Shown piece by piece: positions 10,712 through 20,420 of a DNA stretch of 64,000 nucleotides. The notes under the pieces are model-generated. The model did no database searches. It saw only the letters and a list, made by a program, of their open reading frames with translations, and was not told where the DNA came from. The position numbers were made by a program, and so were the translations under genes. This DNA is from Phototrophicaceae bacterium (GTDB taxonomy: Bacteria; Chloroflexota; Anaerolineae; Aggregatilineales; Phototrophicaceae), in the NCBI GenBank assembly GCA_965223785.1, contig OZ245017.1:1537068-1601067 (forward strand), read 5' to 3'. Every line of letters begins with the position of its first letter. Positions within the stretch are counted from its first letter, which is position 1.

Positions 10712-11575
10712 TTGCTTTTGCCTGTAAAACGTCTGCATAACCGCAAAGTCGAATCACCATACCGCAAAGCGTTAATTCGATACTTTCCGGCTTGGGTTTT
10801 AGCCCTTGCCATTTTCGTGATGTTATTGCCGCAGTTGCTTCAACATACAACAAACTTTGGACTCCGTGTGTTGGATGCTGCTCCTGGCACGGTGCTTCAG
10901 ATTGGTGATACAGTGCTTCGTACCAATATCAAATCCTTGATCTTCTTGCAAGAAGCGAATACACAGGTGTTTGCGATAGGGCAAGATGTTGTCACAAAAG
11001 GCTATGACTTTGTGATCTGGGCTGCTGAACACGTACCGGATTTGGGCAATCCTACAAACTCGCAACTCGCCAACTCAGGTGGGATTGCTGAACTATTTAC
11101 AAGCGAAGTAACCTATTGGCAAGATGATATTCAGCGTTGGTCAGCAGAATATGGCCTTGATCCAAACCTGATGGCTACTGTCATGCAAATTGAATCATGC
11201 GGACATCCCACCGTTAACAGCTCAGCTGGCGCACAGGGCCTGTTCCAAGTCATGCCTTTCCACTTCGCCGAATCAGAAGACATGCTTGACCCTGATACCA
11301 ACGCCATGCGTGGAGCATCCGTGTTGAATCAATGCCTTAAGCTAGCGGATGGGGATACAGGGTTGGCAATGGCTTGTTATAATGGGGGGCCGGGTGTTTT
11401 AAGAACTGCTTTCAATGTGTGGCATCCTGAGCCACAACGTTACTACTATTGGGGTACAGGAATCTATGCCGATGCACTTCAAAATTCGTTAAGTAGCCCA
11501 CGTCTGGCTGAATGGCTGAGTGCAGGCGGGGGTATACTGTGCGATATGGCGGCTGCGGAAATCGGCATCAATTAG
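10712..11575 (+). CDS. Lytic transglycosylase (SLT domain) with an N-terminal TM anchor
   Basis: SLT catalytic region MQIESCGHPTVNSSAGAQGLFQVMPFHF (ES...GLMQ...Y type). The start codon is uncertain (TTG 10712 versus downstream GTG/ATG). Confidence 0.8.
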   Translation: MLLPVKRLHNRKVESPYRKALIRYFPAWVLALAIFVMLLPQLLQHTTNFGLRVLDAAPGTVLQIGDTVLRTNIKSLIFLQEANTQVFAIGQDVVTKGYDFVIWAAEHVPDLGNPTNSQLANSGGIAELFTSEVTYWQDDIQRWSAEYGLDPNLMATVMQIESCGHPTVNSSAGAQGLFQVMPFHFAESEDMLDPDTNAMRGASVLNQCLKLADGDTGLAMACYNGGPGVLRTAFNVWHPEPQRYYYWGTGIYADALQNSLSSPRLAEWLSAGGGILCDMAAAEIGIN

Positions 11576-12132
11576 TAGCCGTAGACCTGTTCTTGTCGGC
11601 GTGCGCGGTGCAACGCTTTCAGACTGCGTAGTACACCAAATAAGGCAATTAATAGGAGAGGTAAGGTCGAGCAGATAAAGCTGACTAGGGTCGCAATCAG
11701 CCCAGCCTCCGCCGCTGTCTCTGATACCTCTTGTATGGAATCGCCATCCACCTTGATCCCAACATCAACTCCTGTTGATTCCGAGGCTTGAGTTAATAGT
11801 TCAGTGACGATTTGAGCTACCTGATCCATGAACGTTTCGTCGCCTTCAATCCCAATCTGCTTGAGTTGAGTGGATATATCGCCCGTCAGTTCACCGCTGG
11901 CTACACGATCTGCAATTTGCCCAACGAACTCACGTACAGCAAAACCAACAACCACACCAAAGATCATCCAGGAAAGTGTCAACAGGAAAATCAACAGATA
12001 ACAACCACACCGCATTTGCAGCCACCAATGCCACTTGCGCGGCGACCTGTCTCGTTTAGCTGGGATGTCCGGTAGGTCAGGTTCATTCACATCATATGAC
12101 TTCGGTTCCAAAGATGGCACGGGCTTCACCAT
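11572..12132 (-). CDS. Hypothetical membrane protein
   Basis: 186 aa with two TM helices. Convergent with, and overlapping by 4 nt, the transglycosylase gene. Confidence 0.45.
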   Translation of the reverse strand: MVKPVPSLEPKSYDVNEPDLPDIPAKRDRSPRKWHWWLQMRCGCYLLIFLLTLSWMIFGVVVGFAVREFVGQIADRVASGELTGDISTQLKQIGIEGDETFMDQVAQIVTELLTQASESTGVDVGIKVDGDSIQEVSETAAEAGLIATLVSFICSTLPLLLIALFGVLRSLKALHRARRQEQVYGY

Positions 12133-12158
12133 AGCATTTTCTGTTTTGACATGCTGAG

Positions 12159-12620
12159 TTATCCTTCATTGACCTGAACATCTGGCTGATATTCATCATA
12201 GACGATAACGCGCAGTTTTGCTTGTTGCAGCCACGACTCCAGAATCAGTTTGATCTCGGGCCACTCAGCCGGTTCACCCAATGGCGCTACCGCCAGGCTA
12301 TTGTAGCCTTCCAGCAAGTGGCGGCGTGCGATCTCTATAGCAATCGACTGAACGTAGCGTAGGCGCGTCGCACCAACGGATGATTCGCGGATGGTGAGAA
12401 ACATGAGATAAGGCTGTGATTCACGCCATACCCAGTGTTCCCCACTCGCGATTCGCCCTCTGCGGCACTGACGAGCGTAGGATGAAAACGCTGCTGGGTA
12501 CAAATACATCAGGCGTGATTCCAATTCACCTGATTCAATCTGTCCCCGGCGATTGTGTCCAAATGCCAGCACTTGTGCCTGTGTCAATAGAGGATCGCCA
12601 CTTACATAGGTTATGGACAC
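12159..12620 (-). CDS. Macro-domain-like protein (possible ADP-ribose binding or processing)
   Basis: N-terminal VSGDPLLTQAQVLAFGHN resembles the macro-domain GDIT...AIVNAAN motif. About 150 aa, typical for a stand-alone macro domain. Weak call. Confidence 0.4.
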   Translation of the reverse strand: MSITYVSGDPLLTQAQVLAFGHNRRGQIESGELESRLMYLYPAAFSSYARQCRRGRIASGEHWVWRESQPYLMFLTIRESSVGATRLRYVQSIAIEIARRHLLEGYNSLAVAPLGEPAEWPEIKLILESWLQQAKLRVIVYDEYQPDVQVNEG

Positions 12621-12652
12621 CGATTGCTTCCTAAAGTTATATCAGTTCCATT

Positions 12653-13714
12653 TTAACCTTGTTCTTGGGCTTCCGCTGTCCGCGTAGCATAAAGCGTGTC
12701 CTGGGTCAGGCGAGGCCAGGGATACCAGGTTGGTGACACTTGAACAGGTGGCGAAGCATTCGTGCGCCTCGGCACGATTGTTGGGGTCTTCACTTGAATG
12801 CCCGGTAATGTCGGAGACGGAAGGGGTGTATTTGTTGTCGTTGGTGTCTGGGTGATGGTCGGCGTGTGGCTCGGCGACACACTCAACTCGGGTATCGGTG
12901 GTGGCGTCGGTGTACGCGTGGTAGTTGCCGGGATGCGCGGTGTTGAAGTTGCAGTGGGTGGCTCTAGTGTTGGTCTGTTGGTTACAATCTGTGCTGGTGG
13001 CTGAGTGGGTGTCAGCGTCATCACAATGATCTCGACAGTAGGCGATGCCAGTGGCAGCAAAGGCCGAATCGTACTCAGGATTGTATCATCAACTTTAGAA
13101 CCCAATACTTGCAGTTTTCCGCTAACGATGGCTTCCTCTAATTGAATGATGTGGAGCACTAGCCCCGATTCCGTGTCCGATGTAGCAAAGACAATAGCTT
13201 GGCTGGTGGCAAATCGTAAATCCAGTAGCATGTCTTGAGTCAAGTGACCTCTGACTGCCGTTTGCAGAACTTCCGCGAGGCGTGTTTGTGCTAGTTGTAA
13301 CCAGACTGTATCCAGTTGATCAGTCACGCGGGCAATTATGACGATGACGTTTTCCCACAAGCGCTTGACCAAATAGAGCGTATCACCAGGCAAACTATCT
13401 GACGAGGCATAGACCGCACCGCCACTACCCAACACAAGCAGCAGTGTCAGTATGATCCCGGCGGCAATGCGTAAGGGTACCCGTCTGCGTCTGCGGTGAC
13501 GTTGTCTACGCAGTCGAAGCTCAAGTACCTTAACTTTCTCCTCCGATAACCGAGGCGTGCTCAGTCGCGTAACCAGGATGGCTGCTTGCAAATCCAATTT
13601 TAATAGAGCAGCATGTTCAGGGTACTGTCGTAAGCAATCATCAATGGTTTGTTGACCAGAAAGAACCGCTTCAACACAATCAGCAAGAATCTGTGGATAG
13701 GGCTTCTGGCTCAT
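12653..13714 (-). CDS. Putative anti-sigma factor with one TM helix and a Pro/Thr-rich C-terminal tail
   Basis: Start overlaps the stop of the ECF sigma gene by 4 nt (ATGA). Cytoplasmic N-domain, one TM helix (IAAGIILTLLLVLG) and an extracytoplasmic domain. Confidence 0.6.
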   Translation of the reverse strand: MSQKPYPQILADCVEAVLSGQQTIDDCLRQYPEHAALLKLDLQAAILVTRLSTPRLSEEKVKVLELRLRRQRHRRRRRVPLRIAAGIILTLLLVLGSGGAVYASSDSLPGDTLYLVKRLWENVIVIIARVTDQLDTVWLQLAQTRLAEVLQTAVRGHLTQDMLLDLRFATSQAIVFATSDTESGLVLHIIQLEEAIVSGKLQVLGSKVDDTILSTIRPLLPLASPTVEIIVMTLTPTQPPAQIVTNRPTLEPPTATSTPRIPATTTRTPTPPPIPELSVSPSHTPTITQTPTTTNTPLPSPTLPGIQVKTPTIVPRRTNASPPVQVSPTWYPWPRLTQDTLYATRTAEAQEQG

Positions 13715-14286
13715 GATAACCCCTCCAACAACTCATCCAATCCCAGTTCGTTGCTTGCCAAGTGACGTGCCAATGAACGCAAGCCACGATGTTGTAGTGC
13801 TTTGATGGCATTTGCTCTCTTATCCATGATGCTTGCCACTTCGTTGATGGACATGCCTTCGACAAAACGCAGAATAATGACCTGTTGCTGCTCGTCTGTC
13901 AGGGTTGCGATAGCCTCTCGCAAAATTTGAGCTGCCTGCCGTCGCATCACTTTGATGTCCATATCCATCTGTACAGCTATTGGCACGGCCTCGATATCAG
14001 TTTGGGGCCTGCGCTTTGATTGACGATAAAAATCCACCACTCGCGCATGGGCGATACGATATAACCATGAAACGAACGGTTTCCCCTGGTTAGTATATTT
14101 CGGCAACCCCTCCAATGCACGGATAAACACCTCGGATGTTAAGTCTTCGGCTATATCTTGATCGTTGACGCGATACATAATATAACGGTAGATGACCTGA
14201 ACATGGGTATGATAGAGCGCGGCAAATGAGTCCGCATCCCCTTGCCGCGCTAGGTTGAGCAACCTTACTTCTTCAGTACGCTTCAA
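13711..14286 (-). CDS. ECF-type RNA polymerase sigma-70 family factor
   Basis: Sigma region 2 (DLTSEVFIRALEGLPKY, VSWLYRIAHARVVDFYR) and a region 4 HTH. Confidence 0.85.
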   Translation of the reverse strand: MKRTEEVRLLNLARQGDADSFAALYHTHVQVIYRYIMYRVNDQDIAEDLTSEVFIRALEGLPKYTNQGKPFVSWLYRIAHARVVDFYRQSKRRPQTDIEAVPIAVQMDMDIKVMRRQAAQILREAIATLTDEQQQVIILRFVEGMSINEVASIMDKRANAIKALQHRGLRSLARHLASNELGLDELLEGLS

Positions 14287-14354
14287 GCTAATACTCCTCA
14301 GCCGCGCATGTTGCTCTATAGTATATATCGTTTAGCAAAACCAAATGGTTATGG

Positions 14355-14620
14355 CCTAGGTCAACGACTCCCCATTCAAGGCGAACCCTCGGTTCAAGGG
14401 AACATGCAGTTCATCGTCTGAGCGGTGACCGCCGCGTTCACGTCCGCATGGGCAAAGAAGCCACACGACGTACATTCAGGCTGAAATGGTCGAGACATCA
14501 TCTGACACTCTGAATGAACTTTGAAAGATACGAGGAGAGTGTCAAAATGACGAGAATGGGAAGGGTTATGGTTCGGAGAAAACAAAAACCAACATCATTG
14601 CTGGCTGTTGTTGGATTATA
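14355..14620 (-). mobile_element. Remnant of an IS200/IS605-family element: a TnpB (OrfB) C-terminal fragment plus the right-end sequence, directly 3' of tRNA-Arg
   Basis: ORF 14394..14585 encodes ...ECTSCGFFAHADVNAAVTAQ, i.e. the TnpB zinc finger (CxxC) and RuvC-III (hADxNAA) signature. The downstream 40-nt end motif (gaaccgagggttcgccttgaatggggagtcgttgacc on the minus strand) recurs at 43511-43560. Confidence 0.55.
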
Positions 14621-14631
14621 ATCTCACAAGG

Positions 14632-14704
14632 CGTACCTGGAGAGATTCGAACTCCCGACACCTGGTTCCGTAGACCAGTGCTCTATCCGCTGAGCTACAG
14701 GTAC
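14632..14704 (-). tRNA. tRNA-Arg (anticodon ACG)
   Basis: Hand-folded cloverleaf: GTACCTG / TA / GCTC-AGCGGATA-GAGC / A / CTGGT-CTACGGA-ACCAG / GTGTC / GGGAG-TTCGAAT-CTCTC / CAGGTAC / G. CCA is not encoded. Confidence 0.9.
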
Positions 14705-14741
14705 ATTGTGCAGGACATCGTAGCATAAGCCCGTCTGTTGG

Positions 14742-15521
14742 TCAAGAGTTTGTTGTGGGCATAATCGTGATCTCAAAGTCGCCGTGTTGCCCCAGAAAAT
14801 CTGTGAGTTCCAGCCGATGACGGCCTGATTTAACAATCTGAAAATCTGCAATTTGGGCATCCAGCACATTTAAAATCAGCGCGTCGCTGTTATGGTCGTC
14901 GTTCCACGCAATCAAATTATCCTGGACATCATAGACTCGCAGGATAGGATCAAGCGTATGCGATAGATCACGGGCTGTGATGGTCATTGTATCGTTTGCC
15001 TCAAATTCATAGATATAGGTTGAATCAATCAACAATCGACCTCTAATCGTTGTCTGGTTCTCATCTTCAACAATCTCTACTAAGAACGGATCAATGATTT
15101 CCAGCCGCACTGCCACCTCTGTCGCAGATATACCACCATAGGTATTCACTAAAATCTGATACTTTCCCGGGTCTTGCAAATGAAGATTGTCAATGACTGA
15201 ATCGCTCGGTAATAGATCAGCACGGGCTGTTTGGTGATCATCATTATATGCAATTCGTTCACCAGCCGGGTCCAGGATGATAAGAATGGTATCCCGAACA
15301 TAAGGTTGCTCATCAGCTGCAAGTTCATGCAGCGTTCGAGCCGTGATCCGAACAAATTCGCTCCCAGGCGATTCATAAACAAAGGTTGATGGGCCGTCAC
15401 CTGTCAAGGTCAAAATAATGGGTTCGTCTGGTACTATGATGATGTTATTTGCTTGTGCCTCTAATTGCACACTCAAACAAAGCACGGCGAGCAAGCAGTG
15501 CAGAACACTCAGTGGTGACAT
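14742..15521 (-). CDS. Secreted protein with two tandem PPC (pre-peptidase C-terminal)-like domains
   Basis: Signal peptide, then two repeats ending in ...DTxLxxLDxxGxxIAxNDDH (AYNDDHQ and AWNDDHN). Confidence 0.55.
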   Translation of the reverse strand: MSPLSVLHCLLAVLCLSVQLEAQANNIIIVPDEPIILTLTGDGPSTFVYESPGSEFVRITARTLHELAADEQPYVRDTILIILDPAGERIAYNDDHQTARADLLPSDSVIDNLHLQDPGKYQILVNTYGGISATEVAVRLEIIDPFLVEIVEDENQTTIRGRLLIDSTYIYEFEANDTMTITARDLSHTLDPILRVYDVQDNLIAWNDDHNSDALILNVLDAQIADFQIVKSGRHRLELTDFLGQHGDFEITIMPTTNS

Positions 15522-15566
15522 GGGCAGGTACAGTTAGGTACAATAGTCTCCCGTAGTCTAATAGGC

Positions 15567-16847
15567 ATGATAAAAATGGTCAAACAAATCAGGATGTGGG
15601 TCTGCATCGGTGGATTACTGCTGGCTGCTTGCACCAATTCAGGAAATGAAGGAACACGCACACCCACAGTTACGATTGAGCCGCTCTTTACACTGACGCC
15701 CCGGCGGACGGCAACCCCTGTTCAAACCAGCACACCCTTGCCCACATTTACGCCAATCCCATCTGAAACACCGATTCCGCCAACACCATCGGATACCCCC
15801 ACTCCCACACCAACATCACCAATTGTCGGCATCATTCGTTCGCTGCAAACGGTCAACGTCCGGGAAGGTCCCGGCACGGATTTTAGTGCTATACGGGCTC
15901 TTGTACCCGGGACCGGCGTAGAAGTACTTAGTCAAAATCTTGAGGGCACATGGTTCAATATCAAGATGGAAGACGGGACAGAAGGCTGGGTCTCATCACG
16001 CCTCATTTTCCTGGAACCGACGGCAACGTCTTTCCCGACCATCACGCCATCACCTAATCTGACCGCACTGGCACTCGGCACACCACTACCCACGGCTGTC
16101 ATCGGCGGCGGGACAATTACACCAACACCGCCTCTCTCGGTTGCTTCGGCAACCCCTGCAAGCCAGACAACAGATACAGCCTCAGGTGAGAATGTGACCC
16201 CGACAGAGACGAATGTCTTCCTCCCTGTGATTGACATGGATGACATCCATCAAACGGCAACCGCACTGGCAGCAGGAGTCATTGTGCAAATCTCCCCACC
16301 TGCCCCGGCTGGCACAGGACAGTCACCCAATGCTTTACCAACTGAAGCCGAGGAGACCCCGGAGGGTTTCAGGATTCCTGATACGCCAACGCCACCTTCC
16401 CACACAACCACATCAACCTTTACACCTTTACCACCAGGCAATGCCGTTGTGGGGCGGGGCGTAGATGTATTCGCCATGTGTGATAACACAGCCTTTGGCA
16501 TTCCAGCTCCATCAACCATCGCAGCAGGCTCCACTATCGAAGTCTATTGGGCCTGGTTCGTGACAGATCCCAGTTTGATCGACCAGCATATGGAGGCAGT
16601 ACGCTATGAAGTGCGCGTTAATGATGAACTACTTTCCAACTGGCAACAACACGGTCAGCGGACTGTTCCCACAGGGGATGGTTACGCCAAATATTGGTAT
16701 GTACCCTATGGTCCGTTGAATGCTGGCACTTATACCATCACCTATGAGGCCACCTGGAACAAACAGATCTCGGATGGGTACGATGTGTTTGGCCCCGGAA
16801 CCCGAAACCTGACTGAAACTGGCTCATGTACGTTTGTGGTAAGGTAG
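15567..16847 (+). CDS. Lipoprotein with a bacterial SH3 (SH3b) domain and Thr/Pro-rich linkers
   Basis: Lipobox LLAAC. SH3b-like VGIIRSLQTVNVREGPGTDFSAIRALVPGTGVEVL...GWVSSRLI. Long TP-rich low-complexity region. Confidence 0.6.
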   Translation: MIKMVKQIRMWVCIGGLLLAACTNSGNEGTRTPTVTIEPLFTLTPRRTATPVQTSTPLPTFTPIPSETPIPPTPSDTPTPTPTSPIVGIIRSLQTVNVREGPGTDFSAIRALVPGTGVEVLSQNLEGTWFNIKMEDGTEGWVSSRLIFLEPTATSFPTITPSPNLTALALGTPLPTAVIGGGTITPTPPLSVASATPASQTTDTASGENVTPTETNVFLPVIDMDDIHQTATALAAGVIVQISPPAPAGTGQSPNALPTEAEETPEGFRIPDTPTPPSHTTTSTFTPLPPGNAVVGRGVDVFAMCDNTAFGIPAPSTIAAGSTIEVYWAWFVTDPSLIDQHMEAVRYEVRVNDELLSNWQQHGQRTVPTGDGYAKYWYVPYGPLNAGTYTITYEATWNKQISDGYDVFGPGTRNLTETGSCTFVVR

Positions 16848-16852
16848 CTGAA

Positions 16853-17668
16853 TTAGAGGAGCTGCTCTTCCCACTTCCAACCATCCCCAGCTTCACGAAT
16901 GTAACCCAGCCCAGGGAATGCCCCATGAAAGGCATGAACCATCACATCGTTTGTGGCGGCATGGGTGAATAGTTGCCTACGGCTAATAATTGACTTGTCT
17001 TTGTCCATATCCCAACTTGGCGTCCAGGTTGGGTTTTCAACATGAATCGGATGATCAATGCAATCAACAACGCACAGCAGTTCCTGGTCACCAAACGAGA
17101 AAGCAGTATGGTGAAGCGTATGCCCTGGCGCATGAATGGCCTTGACCCCCGGCGCGACCTCTACATCAGGTTCGATAAGCTCAACCTGGCCCCGTATTGC
17201 TTCCAGGGCTTGCCCGATCGGTTCCGATGCATCAAGTTGAGTTGTCCAATATTTATATTCGGATTTTGCCATGACAAAGCAGGCATTTGGAAATACAACC
17301 TCCCCGTCTGATGTTGCACTCCCCACAACATGATCCCAATGACCATGCGAATGCAGCACCAACGTAATGTCTTCTGGTTTGATCCCTTCTGCCTCTAATC
17401 CAGCGACCAGATTGCCTGTGACAGGATCAAGATCAGGCCGTCCACCTGTATCGACCAAAACTCGTTCATCTCCAATTTCAACATAGAGGATATTGCAGGG
17501 AATCTTGAGGTTGCCTTCCCGGACATCATGGGTCAATAGCGCCGCTTGCAATTCTTCAGGTGATGCGCCACTGAAGAAATTCGGAGTCGGGATCGGGTTG
17601 ATCGTCCCATCATTGACGACGACACATCTCATACTTCCCAATGAAAAACGATAGGTTTCAAGTGCCAT
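16853..17668 (-). CDS. MBL-fold metallo-hydrolase
   Basis: HSHGHWDH metal-binding motif (HxHxDH) plus downstream His and Asp ligands. Confidence 0.8.
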   Translation of the reverse strand: MALETYRFSLGSMRCVVVNDGTINPIPTPNFFSGASPEELQAALLTHDVREGNLKIPCNILYVEIGDERVLVDTGGRPDLDPVTGNLVAGLEAEGIKPEDITLVLHSHGHWDHVVGSATSDGEVVFPNACFVMAKSEYKYWTTQLDASEPIGQALEAIRGQVELIEPDVEVAPGVKAIHAPGHTLHHTAFSFGDQELLCVVDCIDHPIHVENPTWTPSWDMDKDKSIISRRQLFTHAATNDVMVHAFHGAFPGLGYIREAGDGWKWEEQLL

Positions 17669-17692
17669 AAAACAACCTCCTATTGTCGATTA

Positions 17693-18103
17693 TTAAGTGT
17701 CGCTATCTGCATCCCATGTACTGCGAGCCTGATCATCCCTCATGACGCCCTGTGTGAGGTAGACCACGGCAATCCACATCCCGCGTGTATGGCGATACCC
17801 CAGCAAGATAAATAACAGGTTGAAGCTCACCCAGAAGATAAGTTGAAAGGTCATGGGCGGATCAAAAAGAAATTCGGTTACAAAGAACCCACCCACCGCC
17901 AGCAACTCCGCAAAGATCAGCAGCAGCATCGTACCACCAATTGACTCACCTTCTGAGCGCTCAAAGCGGACACCACACACAGGACAAGTCTCATGCAGTG
18001 TGAACAGGCCATCAAACATCCGCCCTTCCTCGCAATTCGGGCAACGCAGCCGCGCACCAACCAAAAGCTTATGTAGCATCGTCCCTTCTTTCTGGTTGTT
18101 CAT
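17693..18103 (-). CDS. DUF983-family zinc-ribbon membrane protein
   Basis: CPNCEEG...CPVCG zinc ribbon followed by two TM helices. Confidence 0.65.
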   Translation of the reverse strand: MNNQKEGTMLHKLLVGARLRCPNCEEGRMFDGLFTLHETCPVCGVRFERSEGESIGGTMLLLIFAELLAVGGFFVTEFLFDPPMTFQLIFWVSFNLLFILLGYRHTRGMWIAVVYLTQGVMRDDQARSTWDADSDT

Positions 18104-18159
18104 GGATTACTCTTTCAATTGCCAACACCTGTGGAACATACAAGATTAAAGAAAGGCTA

Positions 18160-19226
18160 TTACTTCATCAATCTGTTATCTTGTCTCAAAATTGCTGAGG
18201 GTGTTTTCCTAGATTCGACAATATTTCTGCCTAATTCGGAAGTTTTTGATAAGCGTCTAAATAAATCTACCAACAGCGTAATAATCTGTTGTGTTTTCAA
18301 TGAGTTACTTTCTTGAAATGCTAATAACTCCAGTTGACGACCTAAACCCGTGACCAAACCTCGTGATGGGTCCATATTTTTAATGTATTGGCTGAGACTC
18401 CCGCTTATCCAATTTGAGATACCTTGCTGTCGGGCGATTCCACCTGACATCTTGACAAATTCACTAGGAAGAAGAGATTGGCCCGTCAAGTTATCCCTGA
18501 AACTGTATACTGATCTAAGCCAATAGAATAGGGCTCAAAACCCCATCATATACCTCACCTGGAATATTAAGATCTAGCCTCCTTCCTACCTACCTCCTCA
18601 TAAAATGATTCTCCAGTATACATTTGAAATTGTTGATTAGCTTTCTCCCCCATCTCTTGAATTAGTTCAGTACGTGCCTCAAAAACAACATCCTTGGTCT
18701 TGATCCACCAGTCAGGCTTGGAATCATTGATCACAAAAATGATTGGACATTCACTTGACTTAGCAAAATCAATCAGTTGAAATCAGAGTATCAAATCACC
18801 GTAGCGTCTATCATTGGTTTTATCTGTATCTTCATAGCCAGGTGGGTAACTGAATTTATACCTTTGTTCACCAATCTCAAAAATTTCTACCAACTTCTCA
18901 AAAGAATAAGGCTCACCAACTTTACCATCGTACAGATGAGTTAACCTAGTATGCACGACATTCCCAACTTTAGTGTGTTTAATATATTCGTTTTTTTCTT
19001 TCTGAAGATCCCTTACGATTCGACTAATTTCCTCCACCAAACCTGAAAAATTTATATTAGAACTATTTCCATCAGGCCCATCTCTCAGAAATTTGAACTT
19101 AGATGGCAGGCGTTGGCGAAGCGCATCAAGTTCCTTAATGAGATTGTTGTACTCGTTTTCAACATCACTGGCTACGCTTAACCATCTTCTCTGATACTCT
19201 AAACCTACTTGATATGGTAGCCACAA
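18160..19226 (-). pseudogene. Disrupted gene in an AT-rich islet: it is 5'-truncated by the IS3 remnant, has an in-frame TGA at 18783-18785, and is frameshifted before the 18160..18489 segment.
   Basis: ORF 18783..19226 continues in the same frame through the TGA into ...FQLIDFAKSSECPIIFVINDSKPDWWIKTKD... (to about 18590). ORF 18160..18489 follows in another frame. The YGDLILW...PIIFV.ND.K.DWW stretch resembles the C-terminal part of a PIN-like nuclease fold (tentative). Confidence 0.4.
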
Positions 19227-19254
19227 TCTTGAAGCAAATTAGTACCATTCAAAA

Positions 19255-19790
19255 CTAGAGTGCGTGAGCCTGTTGATACGCGATGGGAGTCAGACCTCCA
19301 AGCGCATCGTGTGGCCTGTCGTGATTATAGCGATCTATCCATTGATGAGTAAGCCGTCGTACCTCTAGCTCTTTGAGTGCCTGGATCACGGCCTCATCGT
19401 CGCGGGGACGCGGCTGGTAGTGACGGGCTGAACGACTCAAGTTGACCACTCGACAGGCTCGGCGTTCACTGATCTGATGGTCAGTCATCACTTCAGTTAT
19501 AATCTCACGTCGTCTCTGAAGGCTCATCGCTTTTTTTCGATGATTTCCTTGAGCAGTTCATGATCCAGGCTCCAGTCAGCATACATCCGCTTCAGGCGAG
19601 CATTCTCCGCCTCTAGTTCACGCAACCGCTTCACATCGGAGGCTTCCATGCCACCATACTTGGATTTCCAGTTGTAGAATGTTGCCTGACTGATCCCGAC
19701 AGATGTCGGTGGTCTTCATCCCTGCTTCCTGCTGTTTCAGGATGCTGATGATCTGGGTCTCGCTGAAGTGTGATTTCTTCATTGAAGTTC
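19255..19790 (-). mobile_element. Degenerate IS3-family insertion sequence remnant (OrfA with an internal 8-bp deletion, OrfB reduced to 90 aa)
   Basis: OrfA begins MKKSHFSETQIISILKQQEAGMKTTDICRD and, after the frameshift, reads ...FYNWKSKYGGMEASDVKRLRELEAENARLKRMYADWSLDHELLKEIIEKK. The slippery A-AAA-AAG frameshift site is retained near 19540. The OrfB remnant (19255..19527) joins the N-terminal HTH (ISERRACRVVNLSRS) directly to the C-terminal YNHDRPHDALGGLTP motif, so the catalytic core is deleted. Confidence 0.7.
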
Positions 19791-20221
19791 TCCTCTTCTC
19801 TCAGTTTACTGGAAAACTCCACTTTCGATTGGCTCTCAATCGGGGGAGGGCTACCCGACAGAAACAACCCAACTTATCAAGCCACACTGAATTGGAGTTC
19901 TCGTCGGGTAACATCGGGAGGTATTCGTCCTCAGAGACACGGTGGAACATCACATCCACCTTTGCCGCCAGTACCAATTGTCGTAGCACCGCCAATAATG
20001 ACACCGGGCGCGGAATATATTCCGCTAGAACCAACCATAGAGCGATCGCCTGAACCGCCACCTTCCTTTGGGCGTGGACATAACGTACCACCGAGAGCAG
20101 ATTGTGGCATTCTTTGTGATATTCTGTTTTGGGGTTTGGCCGGAACAATGTGTTTACCCATCGGGGTAGGTATAGTTGTTACTGCACCAGAGGTAATTCC
20201 TGTCTTTGTCTTGAGGGCTTT

Positions 20222-20325
20222 GATTGTCTATCAACTGGTCTTGCTGTATCGGTTTCGACATAATAAACCTCTAGGCAAGAGCGTTAATGCACTTTTACAG
20301 GCTGTTTGATTTATGGCCAGCCCTC
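20222..20325 (+). repeat. Solo copy of the right end (about 105 bp) of the IS5-like element whose intact copy lies at about 34400-35398
   Basis: 20231-20325 is near-identical to 35288-35398 (tctatcaactggtcttgctgtatc(a/g)gtttcgacataataaacctctaggcaagagcgttaatgcacttttac...cagccctcatttaatt). Confidence 0.7.
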
Positions 20326-20420
20326 ATTTAATTGTATTCTGCTATATGGAGAGAAATCAAGCCCGGTGTTGGAGAATCGATTTTGTGCTATCCTTAAAGC
20401 TCAAATAAGGAGTCTCATCT

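Noticed and set aside
18783-18785. In-frame TGA as selenocysteine or recoding
   Set aside because: Other genes in the window terminate with TGA. No SECIS-like hairpin downstream. The gene is also frameshifted and 5'-truncated, so a nonsense mutation in a pseudogene is the simpler reading.
19931-20161. Gly-rich 76-aa ORF resembling a double-glycine bacteriocin precursor
   Set aside because: No leader consensus, no cognate peptidase/ABC exporter or immunity gene nearby. It lies in rearranged junk sequence between IS fragments.
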